From positions 1-63,204 of the forward strand of contig JASEIO010000002.1 in NCBI GenBank assembly GCA_030017475.1: DNA of 63,204 nt, in the 5' to 3' direction. The DNA is from a bacterium. GTDB taxonomy: Bacteria > UBA9089 > JASEIO01. This document shows, in pieces, positions 62,138 through 63,204 of this stretch (positions are counted from its first letter, which is position 1; each line of letters opens with the position of its first letter). Under the pieces are notes generated by a model. It was not told where the DNA came from and made no database searches. It was given only the letters and a program-made list of their open reading frames with translations. The position numbers were made by a program, and so were the translations under genes.

Positions 62138-63202
62138 GTGAACGATCCTATATGGAGAGGAGTTATTGATAGATATAAAGAGTACCTACCTGTGACAGAT
62201 AAGACACCTATAGTTACACTTTTTGAAGGGAACACACCTTTGATTGAGGCCAAAAATCTAATGAGAGAACTTGGTAATAACTTAAGGATTTATCTCAAAT
62301 ATGAAGGACTAAACCCTACCTCTTCCTTTAAAGATAGGGGAATGACTATGGCAGTCTCTAAGGCGCTGGAAGAAGGATCCCGAGCAGTTATGTGTGCCTC
62401 TACTGGAAACACGAGTGCGTCTGCTGCGGCCTATGCAGCAAGATGTGGGATGCAATGCGTGGTATTAATTCCAGAAGGTGCTATTTCCTTAGGAAAGCTT
62501 TCCCAAGCTATGATGTATGGAGCACGTGTCGTTGCTGTAAAAGGAAACTTTGATCAGGCATTAGATTTAGTAAGAGAGATTACCGATAGATATCCTATAA
62601 CCTTGGTCAATTCTATCAATCCCTATAGGATAGAAGGACAAAAAACGGGTGCCTTTGAGATATGTGATGTTTTATCCCAAGCACCAGATTACCATGCAAT
62701 CCCTGTTGGTAATGCAGGGAATATAACTGCATACTGGAAGGGTTACAAGGAGTATAAACAAGCAGGAAAGATAGATACATTACCAAAAATGATTGGTTTT
62801 CAAGCCGCCCGTTCTGCACCTATTGTTGAAGGACGGGTGATTGAACACCCAGAGACTATTGCTACTGCAATAAGAATCGGTAACCCTGCGAGTTGGAAAA
62901 AGGCAGAAGAAGCAAGGGATGAATCTGATGGATTAATCGATAAGGTAACAGATTCGGAGATAATTAAGGCTTATAAAATGCTTGCCCATTTAGAAGGGAT
63001 ATTCGTTGAACCCGCATCAGCAGCTGGGGTTGCAGGAGTGATAAAGCTTAATAAAAGGGGATACTTTCCTAAAGATTCATTAGTTGTATGTATCTTAACT
63101 GGACATGGTCTGAAAGATCCTGATCGAGCAGTGAAGGTAAGTGAACCCCCAGTAGTTGTTCCCGCAAGATTAGAAAAGGTTGTGGAATTATTGGGATATT
63201 AA
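62138..63202 (+). CDS. thrC: Threonine synthase
   Basis: PLP lysine motif [21 protein letters not shown] and the GHGLKDP tail. GTG start behind AGGAGG. Located downstream of hom. Confidence 0.92.
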   Translation: MNDPIWRGVIDRYKEYLPVTDKTPIVTLFEGNTPLIEAKNLMRELGNNLRIYLKYEGLNPTSSFKDRGMTMAVSKALEEGSRAVMCASTGNTSASAAAYAARCGMQCVVLIPEGAISLGKLSQAMMYGARVVAVKGNFDQALDLVREITDRYPITLVNSINPYRIEGQKTGAFEICDVLSQAPDYHAIPVGNAGNITAYWKGYKEYKQAGKIDTLPKMIGFQAARSAPIVEGRVIEHPETIATAIRIGNPASWKKAEEARDESDGLIDKVTDSEIIKAYKMLAHLEGIFVEPASAAGVAGVIKLNKRGYFPKDSLVVCILTGHGLKDPDRAVKVSEPPVVVPARLEKVVELLGY

Positions 63203-63204
63203 CC

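Overview
This is a 63.2-kb chromosomal window from an AT-rich, apparently uncultured diderm bacterium. LptA/B/C, a TolC-type protein and lipoproteins are present, while the flagellar gene order is Firmicute-like. About 60 genes are tightly packed. Everything from 1 to 52.3 kb is on the minus strand, and most of the rest is on the plus strand.

Gene content from left to right:
1. A late flagellar block: two flagellins, csrA-fliW, flgL, flgK, flgN, a yvyF-like gene and comFC, followed by an FmdB zinc ribbon gene and a double-length FapA gene.
2. Housekeeping genes: ispH, plsC and cmk, then aroA-tyrA and pheA, which are separated by an inserted nfeD-SPFH pair.
3. rapZ-hprK-ptsN-hpf-lptBAC, then trpS.
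4. An accessory operon (28.2-37.4 kb), which I consider the most novel part. It encodes a cyclase-family protein, two SRPBCC proteins, two ICMT-type membrane methyltransferases, three paralogous small single-TM repeat proteins, a ketosynthase fused to PocR and degenerate GGDEF domains, a 7TM-GAF-HD-GYP phosphodiesterase, an unannotated Cys-rich 57-aa ORF and an M50 peptidase.
5. More housekeeping genes: a DHH-CCA enzyme, xerD, a CsgG-like lipoprotein, an MBL hydrolase and dtd.
6. A non-canonical Pel-like exopolysaccharide cluster (43.2-55.1 kb). It has pelF, a pelG-like gene, GH114, a CE4-like secreted protein, a GT-C-like membrane protein and an RCK protein. It also carries an HlyD/TolC pair where pelB/C/D/E would be expected.
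7. ppiD, ahcY, ptsH-ptsI, coaE, hom and thrC.

I saw no rRNA, tRNA, CRISPR array, transposase or prophage. Three families of short dispersed intergenic repeats are visible.

All calls rest on reading the supplied translations and the nucleotide sequence by eye. No database search or computation was run.
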